This document shows positions 1 to 9,254 of a stretch of DNA of 51,410 nt, one piece after another. A model generated the notes under the pieces. That model saw only the letters and a program-made list of their open reading frames with translations, did no database searches and was not told where the DNA came from. Each line of letters opens with the position of its first letter. The stretch's first letter is position 1. Position numbers and translations under genes: made by a program. Source of the DNA: a virus (Duplodnaviria; Caudoviricetes); IMG/VR virus record IMGVR_UViG_3300035703_000130, positions 1 through 51,410 of that record. One strand, given 5' to 3'.

Positions 1-127
1 TATGCACACAGGCTCTCAGATTGGAGAGATTGTTCACTCGCTACCTGTAACTAACGAAATTGCTGCCTCTTTAGGATTAACCACTGACCGTGAGGGTTGG
101 ATTATCTGCGTTAAGGTGCATGATGAT
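1..127. repeat. Terminal direct repeat (assembly overlap), copy 1
   Basis: Bases 1-127 are identical to 51284-51410; 127 is a common assembler k-mer, so the contig is circular. Confidence 0.95.
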
Positions 128-208
128 GCTGTGTGGGATCAAGTTAAGAGTGGCAAGTTGTCGGCCTTTAGTATTGGGGGCCGTGCTTTGAGGGGAACTG
201 ACGAATGA
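2..208 (+). CDS. C-terminal part of XkdF-like prohead serine protease (gene begins at 51087 and wraps the origin)
   Basis: In frame with ATG 51087 through the overlap; MH...W...VKSGKLSAFSIGG motif; upstream of scaffold and capsid genes. Confidence 0.8.
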   Translation: MHTGSQIGEIVHSLPVTNEIAASLGLTTDREGWIICVKVHDDAVWDQVKSGKLSAFSIGGRALRGTDE

Positions 209-897
209 GTGTAGAACTTACTGATCTTGATCTTTTCGAGGTTTCTCTCGTAGATGCGGGGGATGATCCTCTTGCAAAGGTCACGTTACTTAAAAGAAAA
301 GGAACTTCCGATATGTCCGATGAGACACTGGAAAAACAGCTTGCCGACGCCAATCAAGAGATTGAAACGCTGAAAGCTAAAATTACTGAACTCGAAACTA
401 TCACCCAAGAGGTAGAAACTCTCAAGGTTCGTGTTGAAGAGTTTGAAGCGGCTGAGATTGAAAAGTCCAAACCCGCAGAAGAAATGATTGACATTGATGG
501 AGAAATGGTGGCTAAGTCTGCTGTTCCTGCACCTGTCCTCAAAAAACTAGAAGAGTTGGAAAAGGCCAAAGAAGCCGAAGAACTCCGTAAGCGCGCTGAT
601 GAGAAGCTTCCTAACTTTAAGGGAAGTGCAGACCAACGCGGCAAACTGCTGAAATCCATCGGTGATGATGCTGAACTCCTTGAACTGCTTGTTGCGGCTG
701 ACGCTCTGTTCGCCCAATTGTTCGTGGAAAAAGGTAAGACTGACGCCGAGGAAGACCTCAAGGATGCTACCGCTAAGCTTGATACTATGGTGAAAGCCAA
801 GCAAGCAGAGGGAAAAATGACTTACGAACAAGCTTACCTTGAAGTGTCGAAGACCAAAGAAGGTCTTGCTCTTATCAACCAAACTTACAAGAAATAA
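205..897 (+). CDS. Capsid scaffolding protein with N-terminal protease-like EVSLVD segment
   Basis: Acidic coiled-coil protein between protease and capsid genes; ATGA overlap with the protease gene. Confidence 0.7.
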   Translation: MSVELTDLDLFEVSLVDAGDDPLAKVTLLKRKGTSDMSDETLEKQLADANQEIETLKAKITELETITQEVETLKVRVEEFEAAEIEKSKPAEEMIDIDGEMVAKSAVPAPVLKKLEELEKAKEAEELRKRADEKLPNFKGSADQRGKLLKSIGDDAELLELLVAADALFAQLFVEKGKTDAEEDLKDATAKLDTMVKAKQAEGKMTYEQAYLEVSKTKEGLALINQTYKK

Positions 898-908
898 GGA
901 TAATCTAA

Positions 909-1274
909 ATGGCTTTCCATGAAAACATTCAAGCCCGCACTTATATCTCTTCGGCGGCTATCTCTCAGTTTACCTTTGTAACAATGCCCGACTCGAACAA
1001 CCGCGTTGCTACGCTCGCTTCGGGAACCCGTTCGGCTGGTGTTGCTCTGCAACCTACCACGGGTGCTGGACAGGCTCTTGCGGTCGCCTATGACGGCCGT
1101 GTGCAGGTCCTTGCTGGTGGTGCTATCACCGCTGGTGCGGCTGTTATGTCGAACGCTTCGGGCCGTGCTGTTGCTGCTACTGCTACTAACGTTGTGCTTG
1201 GCTATGCTGTCGAAGGTGGCGCTAACAACCAAGTTATCACGATTGAACTCGCTCGTTCGGAACGTGTGGCCTAA
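909..1274 (+). CDS. Capsid decoration/cement protein
   Basis: Small Ala/Gly-rich beta protein (AGGAITAGAAVMSNASGRAV) directly before the major capsid gene; AAGGA RBS. Confidence 0.7.
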   Translation: MAFHENIQARTYISSAAISQFTFVTMPDSNNRVATLASGTRSAGVALQPTTGAGQALAVAYDGRVQVLAGGAITAGAAVMSNASGRAVAATATNVVLGYAVEGGANNQVITIELARSERVA

Positions 1275-1299
1275 TAACTCTATAGGAGAATAATAGAAA

Positions 1300-2307
1300 A
1301 TGGCTTTACTTACTGCTTCTCAGGTCCACATTGACCAACCGCTGACCAATCTCACGATTGCGTTCCTGCAAAACACTACCGGCTTTGTGGCTGATAAAGT
1401 GTTCCCTCGCGTTTCGGTTATGAAAAAGACTGACCGTTACTATGTCTGGCCGCGCGGTCAGTTTAACCAGATCGACGACATTAAAGAACGTGCGCCATAC
1501 ACTATGGCCCCGGAAGTCGGTCTGACGCTCTCGACTGACACCTATGCGGTTAAAGTTTACTCGGAAGCTGCTCCGATTGACTTTGAAACGGCTGCTAACG
1601 AAGATGCAATGCTGAATATCAAAGCGGCTCTCGCTGCTCAGAAAACCCAGCGTTTCCTTCTGCACCGTGAACAACTCTGGGCTGATCGCTATTTCGCTCA
1701 GGGCGTCTGGTCTACTGATTGGGAAGGTATTGCTGGTGTTCCCGGCGCTAACCAAGTCCGTCAGTGGTCGGATTATACCAACTCGAACCCGATTGTTGAT
1801 GTTACCAACATCAGCCGCACCATGCAACTCCGTTCGGGTGGATTTAAGCCCAACGTCATGGTTATCGGTAAAGAAGCTCGTGACATTCTTGTCAACCATC
1901 CGATTATCCTGAACCGTCTGAATGGTGGCGCTACTGTCACTAACACGGCTCTTATCACGGATGCTAAGCTTGCGGAAATCTTTGGCGTTGAGAAATTCCT
2001 CGTCATGGAAGCTGTCCGCAACACTGCCAAAGAAGGTCTGGCTGAAACCAACGCCTTCATCGGTGGTAAGGCTGTCGCTTTCTTCTATGTTCCGCCTGCC
2101 TCGGGTCTTATGGTCGCTTCGGCTGGTATGACCTTTACGTGGGATGAACTGGAAAATGCTTCGGGTTACGGTATCACGATCAAGTCGTATACTGGCGACT
2201 ACCTGACCGAGCGTGGCATTGCCGAAAAGATCGAAGTCAATATGGCTTACGACCAAAAGGTTGTGGCTGCTGACCTCGGCGCTTTCATCCGCACTGTTGT
2301 TGCCTAA
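1300..2307 (+). CDS. Major capsid protein
   Basis: 335 aa; HIDQPLTNL-type N-terminus; highly biased codon usage; AGGAGA RBS; position in head module. Confidence 0.9.
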   Translation: MALLTASQVHIDQPLTNLTIAFLQNTTGFVADKVFPRVSVMKKTDRYYVWPRGQFNQIDDIKERAPYTMAPEVGLTLSTDTYAVKVYSEAAPIDFETAANEDAMLNIKAALAAQKTQRFLLHREQLWADRYFAQGVWSTDWEGIAGVPGANQVRQWSDYTNSNPIVDVTNISRTMQLRSGGFKPNVMVIGKEARDILVNHPIILNRLNGGATVTNTALITDAKLAEIFGVEKFLVMEAVRNTAKEGLAETNAFIGGKAVAFFYVPPASGLMVASAGMTFTWDELENASGYGITIKSYTGDYLTERGIAEKIEVNMAYDQKVVAADLGAFIRTVVA

Positions 2308-2319
2308 TATTGGAGGGAG

Positions 2320-2736
2320 TTGAAAATGTCCCGACTCATCTTTGACTCCCGCCGCCCTCTGTTCGTCGCTCAACCGTTTCAAGCTTATGGTAAGAATTGG
2401 ACGGTTGACGACCACTTTCCTTGGGAACTCATAGGTATTGACTTCCAAGATAGAAGTCTTCATATGTTATATGATAACAACTTTCTACAGCATCGTCCTG
2501 ATTTAGAGAGTTCAATGCTGGATATTGTTAAGAAGACTATTGGGGATGGCTTAGAGTCCTTGACTATTGAGGCTCTACACAATCTTAGAGACAGTATTAA
2601 CAAGCAAGTTAAAGCTAAAGTTTCTACTGCCAGAGACTACGAAAAAAAGAAGTGTGCTTTCTCAAGCATCAAAGACAAGCAAATCGGCAAGATTAGAAGC
2701 TGGCGCGCTGCTTACGGACACATGGAAAATTACTAA
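2320..2736 (+). CDS. Hypothetical protein (head module)
   Basis: ORF with GGAGG RBS after the capsid gene. Confidence 0.6.
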   Translation: MKMSRLIFDSRRPLFVAQPFQAYGKNWTVDDHFPWELIGIDFQDRSLHMLYDNNFLQHRPDLESSMLDIVKKTIGDGLESLTIEALHNLRDSINKQVKAKVSTARDYEKKKCAFSSIKDKQIGKIRSWRAAYGHMENY

Positions 2737-2751
2737 ATACCGGAGGGGTAA

Positions 2752-3213
2752 ATGGCCTATACTTATGATCCATTGGATTTGGTGACTACTACCCCTGCTG
2801 GTAGACTTAATGTCGTCAGGTTACTTATTGGTGACAACAACACTGACGATCCTCAGATGCAGAATGAAGAGATTAACTTTGCTCTGTCTGAGAATGGAGA
2901 TAACGTTTATTTCTCCGCATCTTTCTGCGCTAGGCTTCTCGCTAGTAAATACGCTAGGATGGTTAATACCCAACTTGACGGTGCGCTTGAAGCAGAATAT
3001 AGCGACAGGATTAAACAATACACTCTGTTGTCCATCCAACTCTCTGAGCTTGGTAAAAAGATGGGTGGCAAGAGCATGGGTGTTAGCGCAGGCGGTATTT
3101 CTAAAGCCGCTATGGATTTGGCTAACCAGAACACAGATCGTCCAAAACCTGCTTTTGAGGTTGGGCAGTTTGACGCTTATAGCCAAGTAGGTTATTTCCC
3201 GGAGTATGACTAA
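2752..3213 (+). CDS. Head-tail adaptor/connector protein
   Basis: VRLLIGD...Q.EEI.F.L motif; GGAGG RBS; synteny. Confidence 0.7.
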   Translation: MAYTYDPLDLVTTTPAGRLNVVRLLIGDNNTDDPQMQNEEINFALSENGDNVYFSASFCARLLASKYARMVNTQLDGALEAEYSDRIKQYTLLSIQLSELGKKMGGKSMGVSAGGISKAAMDLANQNTDRPKPAFEVGQFDAYSQVGYFPEYD

Positions 3214-3572
3214 TGTTTGATCCCGCCTCTCTTAGAGCTTTAATCTCAGAGCATGGGGTAACAGTCACTCTTAGGAAAAAGGCTGCTGGTGCCTATAACG
3301 TAACAACGGGTTCTGTAACCCAAACAATTACTGACTACCAAGTCAAAGCTTACTTCTTTAACAATGACCCTTCGGTCGGGGAGTTTGCTGTTCATCAAAC
3401 TGGTGAAAGGCGAATGGTAGTTTCTGATAAACTAACGAATGGGGCCATTACCCCAGAGATTGACTCAACAGATGAGATTGTATTCGGCAGCAAAACCACT
3501 ACAGTTACTCGTTCCTCGGTGATTGCATCTGCTGGATCGACAATGTGTCAACTCTTATACTTGAGGGATTGA
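3213..3572 (+). CDS. Head closure/head-tail joining protein
   Basis: G.TVTLR...Y...TG pattern; TAATG coupling; synteny. Confidence 0.6.
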   Translation: MFDPASLRALISEHGVTVTLRKKAAGAYNVTTGSVTQTITDYQVKAYFFNNDPSVGEFAVHQTGERRMVVSDKLTNGAITPEIDSTDEIVFGSKTTTVTRSSVIASAGSTMCQLLYLRD

Positions 3573-3573
3573 T

Positions 3574-3999
3574 ATGGCACAGAGAGAGTTCCTTGGTAAA
3601 CTTAAGGTCTTGCAAGACAAGATCGACAAAATTCCACGAAACATTCTGACAGAACTTGTGACAGATGTAGTGGCTATGTCGCCAGATGATACCGGGGCTT
3701 ATGTCCTCTCTCACTCCGTAGGACAGTCTGGTAATGTTGGTAGAAGTATTTCTTCTCACGGTAGACCCTCTGCTCCAAATACCCACAGAGAAGATGCTCT
3801 CGCAGGTTTGATGGCACAGGTCGCTACTATCCCACCTGATAGCTCTTTAATCTGGATGGGTAATAACTCTCCACACGTAAACGCTGTTGAGTTTGGGTTG
3901 CCTTCTTGGCGTAGGCCGGGGTATTTTGTTTACACAACTCTCCGCTCCAACATTAAACAGATAGTAGCAGATGCTATTGCACAGGCAGGGCTTAAATGA
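3574..3999 (+). CDS. Neck/tail completion protein (HK97 gp10-like)
   Basis: SPDDTGAY...N..PH...VEFG motif. Confidence 0.65.
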   Translation: MAQREFLGKLKVLQDKIDKIPRNILTELVTDVVAMSPDDTGAYVLSHSVGQSGNVGRSISSHGRPSAPNTHREDALAGLMAQVATIPPDSSLIWMGNNSPHVNAVEFGLPSWRRPGYFVYTTLRSNIKQIVADAIAQAGLK

Positions 4000-4406
4000 G
4001 TATCGTAAACAAAATTAGGGCTGCTCTTGAAAATCATCTGATTTCTACTGTAGGTATCCCACCAGTATATCCTTCTAACTTAGCTTTCGATGCAGACCCT
4101 AACACTAACTTTATCAAAAGCACATTTGTTGTTACTAGGGTTGATGCTGCCAACAGGGGTCTTAACCCTCAGTTAAGATACTCGGGCTTCTTTACCATGC
4201 TTGTCTGCACACCGGAAGGTAATGGGCTTGGTGAAGGGATGAGTATTGCTGAGACTGTATTAGATAGGTTCGCTCCAACCACAGACATTCCAGGAGACGG
4301 TATTATCGTTTCCCTTGAGGGTTCGCAATTATCCTCTGATTATTTCTCTGCACCTTTTAATTGCTTACCGATTACTGTTAACTGGTATATCTACCACAAC
4401 AACTGA
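3996..4406 (+). CDS. Tail terminator protein
   Basis: Size and position immediately before the tail tube gene. Confidence 0.6.
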   Translation: MSIVNKIRAALENHLISTVGIPPVYPSNLAFDADPNTNFIKSTFVVTRVDAANRGLNPQLRYSGFFTMLVCTPEGNGLGEGMSIAETVLDRFAPTTDIPGDGIIVSLEGSQLSSDYFSAPFNCLPITVNWYIYHNN

Positions 4407-4417
4407 GGATAATACAG

Positions 4418-5344
4418 ATGCCTTTTTCCCAAAATTCGAGAGCCGGTCTCTCTTACGTTCCAGAAGTTACCTTTGGCGTAACACCGGGCACCCCTTCTCT
4501 GGTCCAATTACCTTATACGACACACAGTCTGAACCTTAGCAAAGAGACTCTGCAAGGTAATGATATTCTTCCTGATCGTATTCCGCGTGTTCTCCGTCAC
4601 GGTAACCGCTCGGTTGCAGGGGATATTGTTGCTGACCTTCGTAAAGGTGACTACGATCTTTTCCTTGAGAGTGCTTTCCTTAACACCTTCTCGACAAACG
4701 TGTTGAAAATTGGAACAACTCCCCGCTTCTTCTCTATTGAAGATGCCGCTGCTGATCTTCCTCAATTCCGACTCTTCACAGGTTGCTCGGTTTCTTCGCT
4801 CGCTGTCTCTATCAAACCTAACCAGATGGTTACTGCAACCTTTGGTATGATTGGTAAGGATATGACGATTGCAGGGACTTCTCTTGATGCAGTCAAAACT
4901 CCAATCTCCACCAATGCTCCGTTTGACGCTTACTCTGGTCTTATGCGTATTGGTAACGCTGGTGGTGCTTTAGCTTCTATTGCTACGATCACTGGTATTG
5001 ACTTTACCATCAATAACAACTTCAACCCAACCTATGTTGTTGGTAGTGCCTCCACTCCGCAGCTTGAATTTGGACAGGCTTCTGTTGAAGGAACGGTCAC
5101 TGCATACTTTGAAGATGCTACGCTTATTAACCGCTTCATTAACGAAACTGAAACCGCTATGGAAGTTTCTGTTGATGATCCTACCGGGGCAAGCGACTAT
5201 ACTTTCCTTTTCCCGCGTGTGAAGTTTAATGGTGCTGATGTTCCTGTCGATGGAACTACAGGATCGCGTATCATCACTATCCCGTTCGTTGCTCTGTTTG
5301 ATACGACAGAAGCTACTAACGTTAGGCTTACTCGTTCGACGTAA
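4418..5344 (+). CDS. Major tail tube protein
   Basis: YVPEVTFGVTP N-terminus, FTGC.V and GTVTAYFED motifs of siphovirus tail tubes. Confidence 0.85.
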   Translation: MPFSQNSRAGLSYVPEVTFGVTPGTPSLVQLPYTTHSLNLSKETLQGNDILPDRIPRVLRHGNRSVAGDIVADLRKGDYDLFLESAFLNTFSTNVLKIGTTPRFFSIEDAAADLPQFRLFTGCSVSSLAVSIKPNQMVTATFGMIGKDMTIAGTSLDAVKTPISTNAPFDAYSGLMRIGNAGGALASIATITGIDFTINNNFNPTYVVGSASTPQLEFGQASVEGTVTAYFEDATLINRFINETETAMEVSVDDPTGASDYTFLFPRVKFNGADVPVDGTTGSRIITIPFVALFDTTEATNVRLTRST

Positions 5345-5356
5345 TCCCTTCGGGGT

Positions 5357-5400
5357 AAGGTGGGCTTGGTTGTCGGGGCTAGGCTCACCTTTTCTATTTT
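5357..5400 (+). terminator. Rho-independent terminator after the tail tube gene
   Basis: 14-bp stem AAGGTGGGCTTGGT/GCTAGGCTCACCTT (with G-U pairs), loop TGTCGGG, T-rich tail. Confidence 0.7.
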
Positions 5401-5413
5401 CACCCGACACAGT

Positions 5414-5929
5414 TTATCTGTCTATTACATTTAGTTTGGCAAAAGATTTAAACAAACTTTTTGCAGCGGCATTATAGGCTATGGCAGCTTCCTCTTCGGT
5501 ATCAAAAGATCCAAGATGTTTACTTTTCCGGTTGTGTTGAATAACAGCCCTCCAATTGTTCTTAGCTTTGTGAAAAGAGACCCCTTTGAAACGAGAAGTG
5601 CCACCCCTAGATTGGGTATTAAACTGGTTTTGCCAGTTACTAGCCTCTCTAAGGTTTACCAACCTGTTGTCTGTTTTTACACCGTTTATGTGGTCAATCT
5701 GCTCCTTTGGCCAAACTCCGTAGTATAAAAACCACGCAACCCTATGAGACAACAGTCTTTTCTTATTTCCGCTCAGGGTTATACTAACTGTGTAATAACC
5801 TTTTTTGTTTAGGCCCCCGGCAGGTTTTGTCAAGTCTCGGCCTTTAGAGGGTTGCACCCACCAGAGTTGCCCCGTTTGCGGGTTGTATTTTAGGCTGTCC
5901 TCAATACAAGCGTCTAGTTCTTTTTTCAT
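5414..5929 (-). CDS. Free-standing HNH homing endonuclease with C-terminal AP2 domain
   Basis: HRVAW...IDHING.KTDN...NLR and SRFKGVSFHK...HLGSF.TEEEAAIAYN; start refined to ATG 5929 after AGGAGG; antisense insertion in the tail operon. Confidence 0.9.
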   Translation of the reverse strand: MKKELDACIEDSLKYNPQTGQLWWVQPSKGRDLTKPAGGLNKKGYYTVSITLSGNKKRLLSHRVAWFLYYGVWPKEQIDHINGVKTDNRLVNLREASNWQNQFNTQSRGGTSRFKGVSFHKAKNNWRAVIQHNRKSKHLGSFDTEEEAAIAYNAAAKSLFKSFAKLNVIDR

Positions 5930-5948
5930 TTGTCCTCCTTGAGGCCAT

Positions 5949-5977
5949 AATATAGTAACACCCCCGATAGTTTTCAA
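5949..5977 (-). promoter_or_regulatory. Sigma70-like promoter for the HNH-AP2 gene
   Basis: TTGAAA-17 nt-TATATT on the minus strand. Confidence 0.6.
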
Positions 5978-6004
5978 CCCCCCTCAAAAGGAAAAATTCC
6001 CGAC

Positions 6005-6400
6005 ATGGACCTTTCTAATTTCGTTCCTAAAAGCGACACCGCTACTTTTGAAATTCGTCACCCCATCACTGGTGAAATCCTCGCTAAAGATGACGGCACT
6101 GAAATGACGATTACCGTCTATCTCCCCCACAGCAAAGAGTATAAGGCTGTTGTTCACGAACAGAATAACAAGCGTATTGCTCGGGCACAAAAGGGCAAGG
6201 CAGTCTATACGTCTGAGGACCTTGAAGAAGCCACCCTTGATCTTCTGGTTAAGACGACAAAGGATTGGAATATCCAATTCAATAAAAAGAACATTAAGTT
6301 CAGCCAAGAAGAAGCTAGGGAAATCTATACAAAGCTTCCTTGGGTTAAAGCTCAAATCATGCAACAGCAGGAAGACCTGACAAATTTTTTGAGCAACTAG
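6005..6400 (+). CDS. Tail assembly chaperone (gpG-like)
   Basis: Between tail tube and tape measure genes; ends at a slippery site. Confidence 0.8.
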   Translation: MDLSNFVPKSDTATFEIRHPITGEILAKDDGTEMTITVYLPHSKEYKAVVHEQNNKRIARAQKGKAVYTSEDLEEATLDLLVKTTKDWNIQFNKKNIKFSQEEAREIYTKLPWVKAQIMQQQEDLTNFLSN

Positions 6401-6747
6401 TCTGTGAATTAGAAGACTATGCCGCGTGGGACTTTAAGCTCGCTATCCCAGATAAAGATGGCGTCCCTGAGAGAGAACACTTAAAGCAAGTTGAAATCCA
6501 GACTGGTAGAACACCTTTACCACTTGTATCGCCCCCTTTCCCTAAAGAGCTTAATCACTTGTGGTCAAAATTCTTAGAGCTATCCAATACAAGGTCTATG
6601 GGTTACAGTGGGCCTATGCCTATTACTTATCAGGAAATCTTGGCTTGGGTAGCTCTCACTGGTAATACACTTTCCCCTTGGGAAGTTGAAGTTATCAAAC
6701 GTCTAGACAAAATCTATGTGAAGGTAGTGAGCAATGGCCGATCTTAA
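6382..6747 (+). CDS. Tail assembly chaperone -1 frameshift extension (gpT-like)
   Basis: Slippery A AAT TTT TTG at 6382-6391; the -1 frame is open from 6382 to 6747 (FEQLVCELEDYAAW...PMPITYQEILAW). Confidence 0.8.
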   Translation, partial: KFFEQLVCELEDYAAWDFKLAIPDKDGVPEREHLKQVEIQTGRTPLPLVSPPFPKELNHLWSKFLELSNTRSMGYSGPMPITYQEILAWVALTGNTLSPWEVEVIKRLDKIYVKVVSNGRS

Positions 6748-8458
6748 TATCAGCGTTGACATGACTCAGTTGAAAGAACTCAACAGGGAAATGTTAAAGA
6801 CTACCTCCACCTACAATATTGCCACCCGAGAGTTAGAAACTTTCTCTGGTGCTCAAATGCGTTCGGTTGGTAGTATGAACCGTATGGGGGTTGTTACTCA
6901 GCAGGCGGGTTATCAAATTGGTGACTTTTTAGTTCAAGTCCAATCTGGGACTAATGCTTTTGTTGCTTTTGGTCAACAGGCCACTCAGTTAGCCGGTCTT
7001 ATGACTACTTTTGGTGGTAAGTTCATTGCTATCGGAACTGCATTGGGTATTATTATTCCATTAGCCACCGCTCTTGGTGCCGTTTGGATGAGGACTTCCC
7101 AAGAGGTTGACCCCGCAACAGATTCTCTCAAACGGTATGAAGAAGCTCTTAAGTCTATTATTGATAGAACAGAGGAAGCTCGTTTAAAAAGTATTGGACA
7201 AATCTTAGGTGTCACGACCGAAGAAGTAACTGTCCTTGAACGTATTAAACAAGTAGAGGCTGAGAGAGAAGAGATTGCCAATAATATTCTCAACATTCAG
7301 AGGAACGCTGTTGTTGCTCAGGGTATGTATGATATTGTTGCGGCTGGCGCTGCTTGGCAACAAGAAAGACAGCTAAAAGCTCTTGAAGGTCAGTTAAAAA
7401 CTGCGGAAGAGACGTTAGAAAATCTTCGCTCTCAAAACTACGAGACGCAATACACTAACGCTATGCTTGCCAAACAAGAAGCTTTATACGTTCGCCAACT
7501 TCAAACCCAAACTAGAGTGGTTGTTCTTACAAAGGAACAGGCTGCTGCTTTAGAAGAGGGACGTAAAAGAGCCGAACAAATCAACACCGCAATTAGTAAG
7601 TTTGCTGGAACAACCGTTAAGGTTGGTGTAGAGTTTCAAGCTAGTTTTGTTGGCTTCACTGATCAAGCTATGGGTTGGGCCAGTGGTCTTTACAACAATA
7701 TGAAAGACCTTGCCAGTAATGAAGGCACAATGTGGAGTTCCCCTAGACCTCGTAGCGCCCCTGCTATGTTGGGGGAACCGGAGCTAGGTTCTGGTGGCGG
7801 TGGTGGGGGAGGCGGAGGTAATGCTCGCCTTGAATCTCTTATCTCTGAATTACAAACTGAGAGTGAAACTTTAGCCGCTTGGTATGAAGAATCTCAAGCT
7901 GCACTACAAGCCGCCTCTGACGCTGAACTTACTATTCTTGGCGGTAAGCACGAAGCCATGCTTCGCCTCACAGAAGAATACCACAAGCGTAAAAACGAGA
8001 TTGATGAAATGGGGAACCAATGGTCCCTAGAATCTGCTCTCGGGGGTGCTGCTGAAATTGCTGGCGCTTTAGGCGCTTTCAATAAAAAGGCTCTTAAGGC
8101 TCAGGCTGTATTCGCTGCTGGTGCCGCTTTGATTGATACCTATCAGGGGGCTGCTAGGGAACTTAGAAAAGGAACCTTTGGTTTCGCTACCGCTGCTGCG
8201 GTTATTGCTAAGGGTCTTGGTTTTGTCGCGGCAATTAAATCTGCCGGTGAAGGTAACACTAGCATTAGTGCTGGTGGTGGTGGACGAGGAACTTCTACAG
8301 TGCCTCAGCAAGCTGCTGCCCCTTCCCCACAAACAGTTTACATTGACTCGCTTGATCCTGCTGGCTTGTATAGCGGACAAACACTCATCAATCTGTTTGA
8401 TGCGTTCTATGATGAAAATGATAAACGAGGGAAAGTCTTCGTAGTAGCAAGAGGATAA
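6734..8458 (+). CDS. Tape measure protein
   Basis: QQAGYQIGDFLVQVQSGT..FGQQATQL motif; long Ala-rich helical protein after the chaperones. Confidence 0.85.
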   Translation: MADLNISVDMTQLKELNREMLKTTSTYNIATRELETFSGAQMRSVGSMNRMGVVTQQAGYQIGDFLVQVQSGTNAFVAFGQQATQLAGLMTTFGGKFIAIGTALGIIIPLATALGAVWMRTSQEVDPATDSLKRYEEALKSIIDRTEEARLKSIGQILGVTTEEVTVLERIKQVEAEREEIANNILNIQRNAVVAQGMYDIVAAGAAWQQERQLKALEGQLKTAEETLENLRSQNYETQYTNAMLAKQEALYVRQLQTQTRVVVLTKEQAAALEEGRKRAEQINTAISKFAGTTVKVGVEFQASFVGFTDQAMGWASGLYNNMKDLASNEGTMWSSPRPRSAPAMLGEPELGSGGGGGGGGGNARLESLISELQTESETLAAWYEESQAALQAASDAELTILGGKHEAMLRLTEEYHKRKNEIDEMGNQWSLESALGGAAEIAGALGAFNKKALKAQAVFAAGAALIDTYQGAARELRKGTFGFATAAAVIAKGLGFVAAIKSAGEGNTSISAGGGGRGTSTVPQQAAAPSPQTVYIDSLDPAGLYSGQTLINLFDAFYDENDKRGKVFVVARG

Positions 8459-8459
8459 C

Positions 8460-9254
8460 ATGGCGATTACAATTACAAACGTCCCCACTCCTACGGACAG
8501 ACTTCCTACTATTCTTTGGAACAATCTTCTATTAGGTAAAACATTGACAGCTTCTTCGGAGGCTGTCGATTACCCTAAAGAGAATATCCGAACAGAGAAT
8601 ACTGTTAAATCTTGGAGACCCACTGCTTTACCGGCTACCTTGTCTGTAGACCTTGGGTCTTCCACTTCTGTAGATAGCTTTGCTATCGTTGGGCATGACT
8701 GCGGCACTAAAGGTAACACTATCCTGTTGCAGTCTTCCCCGGATAACTCTGTGTGGACTACTCGCTGCACAATTGTTCCGACAGACAACACTACGATTAT
8801 GGGACTTTTTACTGCCTTCTCAGCGCGCTATTGGAGAATTAATATCTCTGGGGGAACGGTTCCGACTATTTCAGTGTTCATGTTGTCCCAGAGGTTTACT
8901 TTCCCTGCTGGCGTTAAGCCCCCTTATACTCCTGTCTGGTTAGCTCAAGATTTTGATCTACTCACAGGTATGACTATGGGCGGTCAGTTTCTTGGTAACC
9001 GGGTATTAAGGAAAGGCGGTAGAACTGCTATTTCCCTTGTCTCTCTTGAAACTAACTTTGTAGAAGCTAGTCTTTTACCGTTCAGGGAACACTACAACTC
9101 GGGTAAAGCTTTTGTCTTTGCTTCCTCTCCATCAGCGTTTGCCAAAGATGTTGGCTATGTCTGGCGAACAGAGGGGGCTGTTATGTCTCCCTCATTCGAT
9201 GACAATGGTAATTGGATGAGCGTTGCAATGGAAGTTTATAGTTATGGCGAATAG
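8460..9254 (+). CDS. Distal tail protein with discoidin/CBM-like domain
   Basis: SWRP...VDLGS...ARYWRI pattern; follows the tape measure gene. Confidence 0.6.
   Translation: MAITITNVPTPTDRLPTILWNNLLLGKTLTASSEAVDYPKENIRTENTVKSWRPTALPATLSVDLGSSTSVDSFAIVGHDCGTKGNTILLQSSPDNSVWTTRCTIVPTDNTTIMGLFTAFSARYWRINISGGTVPTISVFMLSQRFTFPAGVKPPYTPVWLAQDFDLLTGMTMGGQFLGNRVLRKGGRTAISLVSLETNFVEASLLPFREHYNSGKAFVFASSPSAFAKDVGYVWRTEGAVMSPSFDDNGNWMSVAMEVYSYGE

Noticed and set aside
1-127. 127-bp end repeat as a biological terminal repeat
   Set aside because: It lies inside the protease gene and its length equals a common assembly k-mer, so it is a circularisation overlap.
1306-2463. Long antisense ORFs (also 354-800, 29806-30489, 47727-48368 and others)
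   Set aside because: Shadows of codon-biased genes on the opposite strand, with no RBS or motifs.
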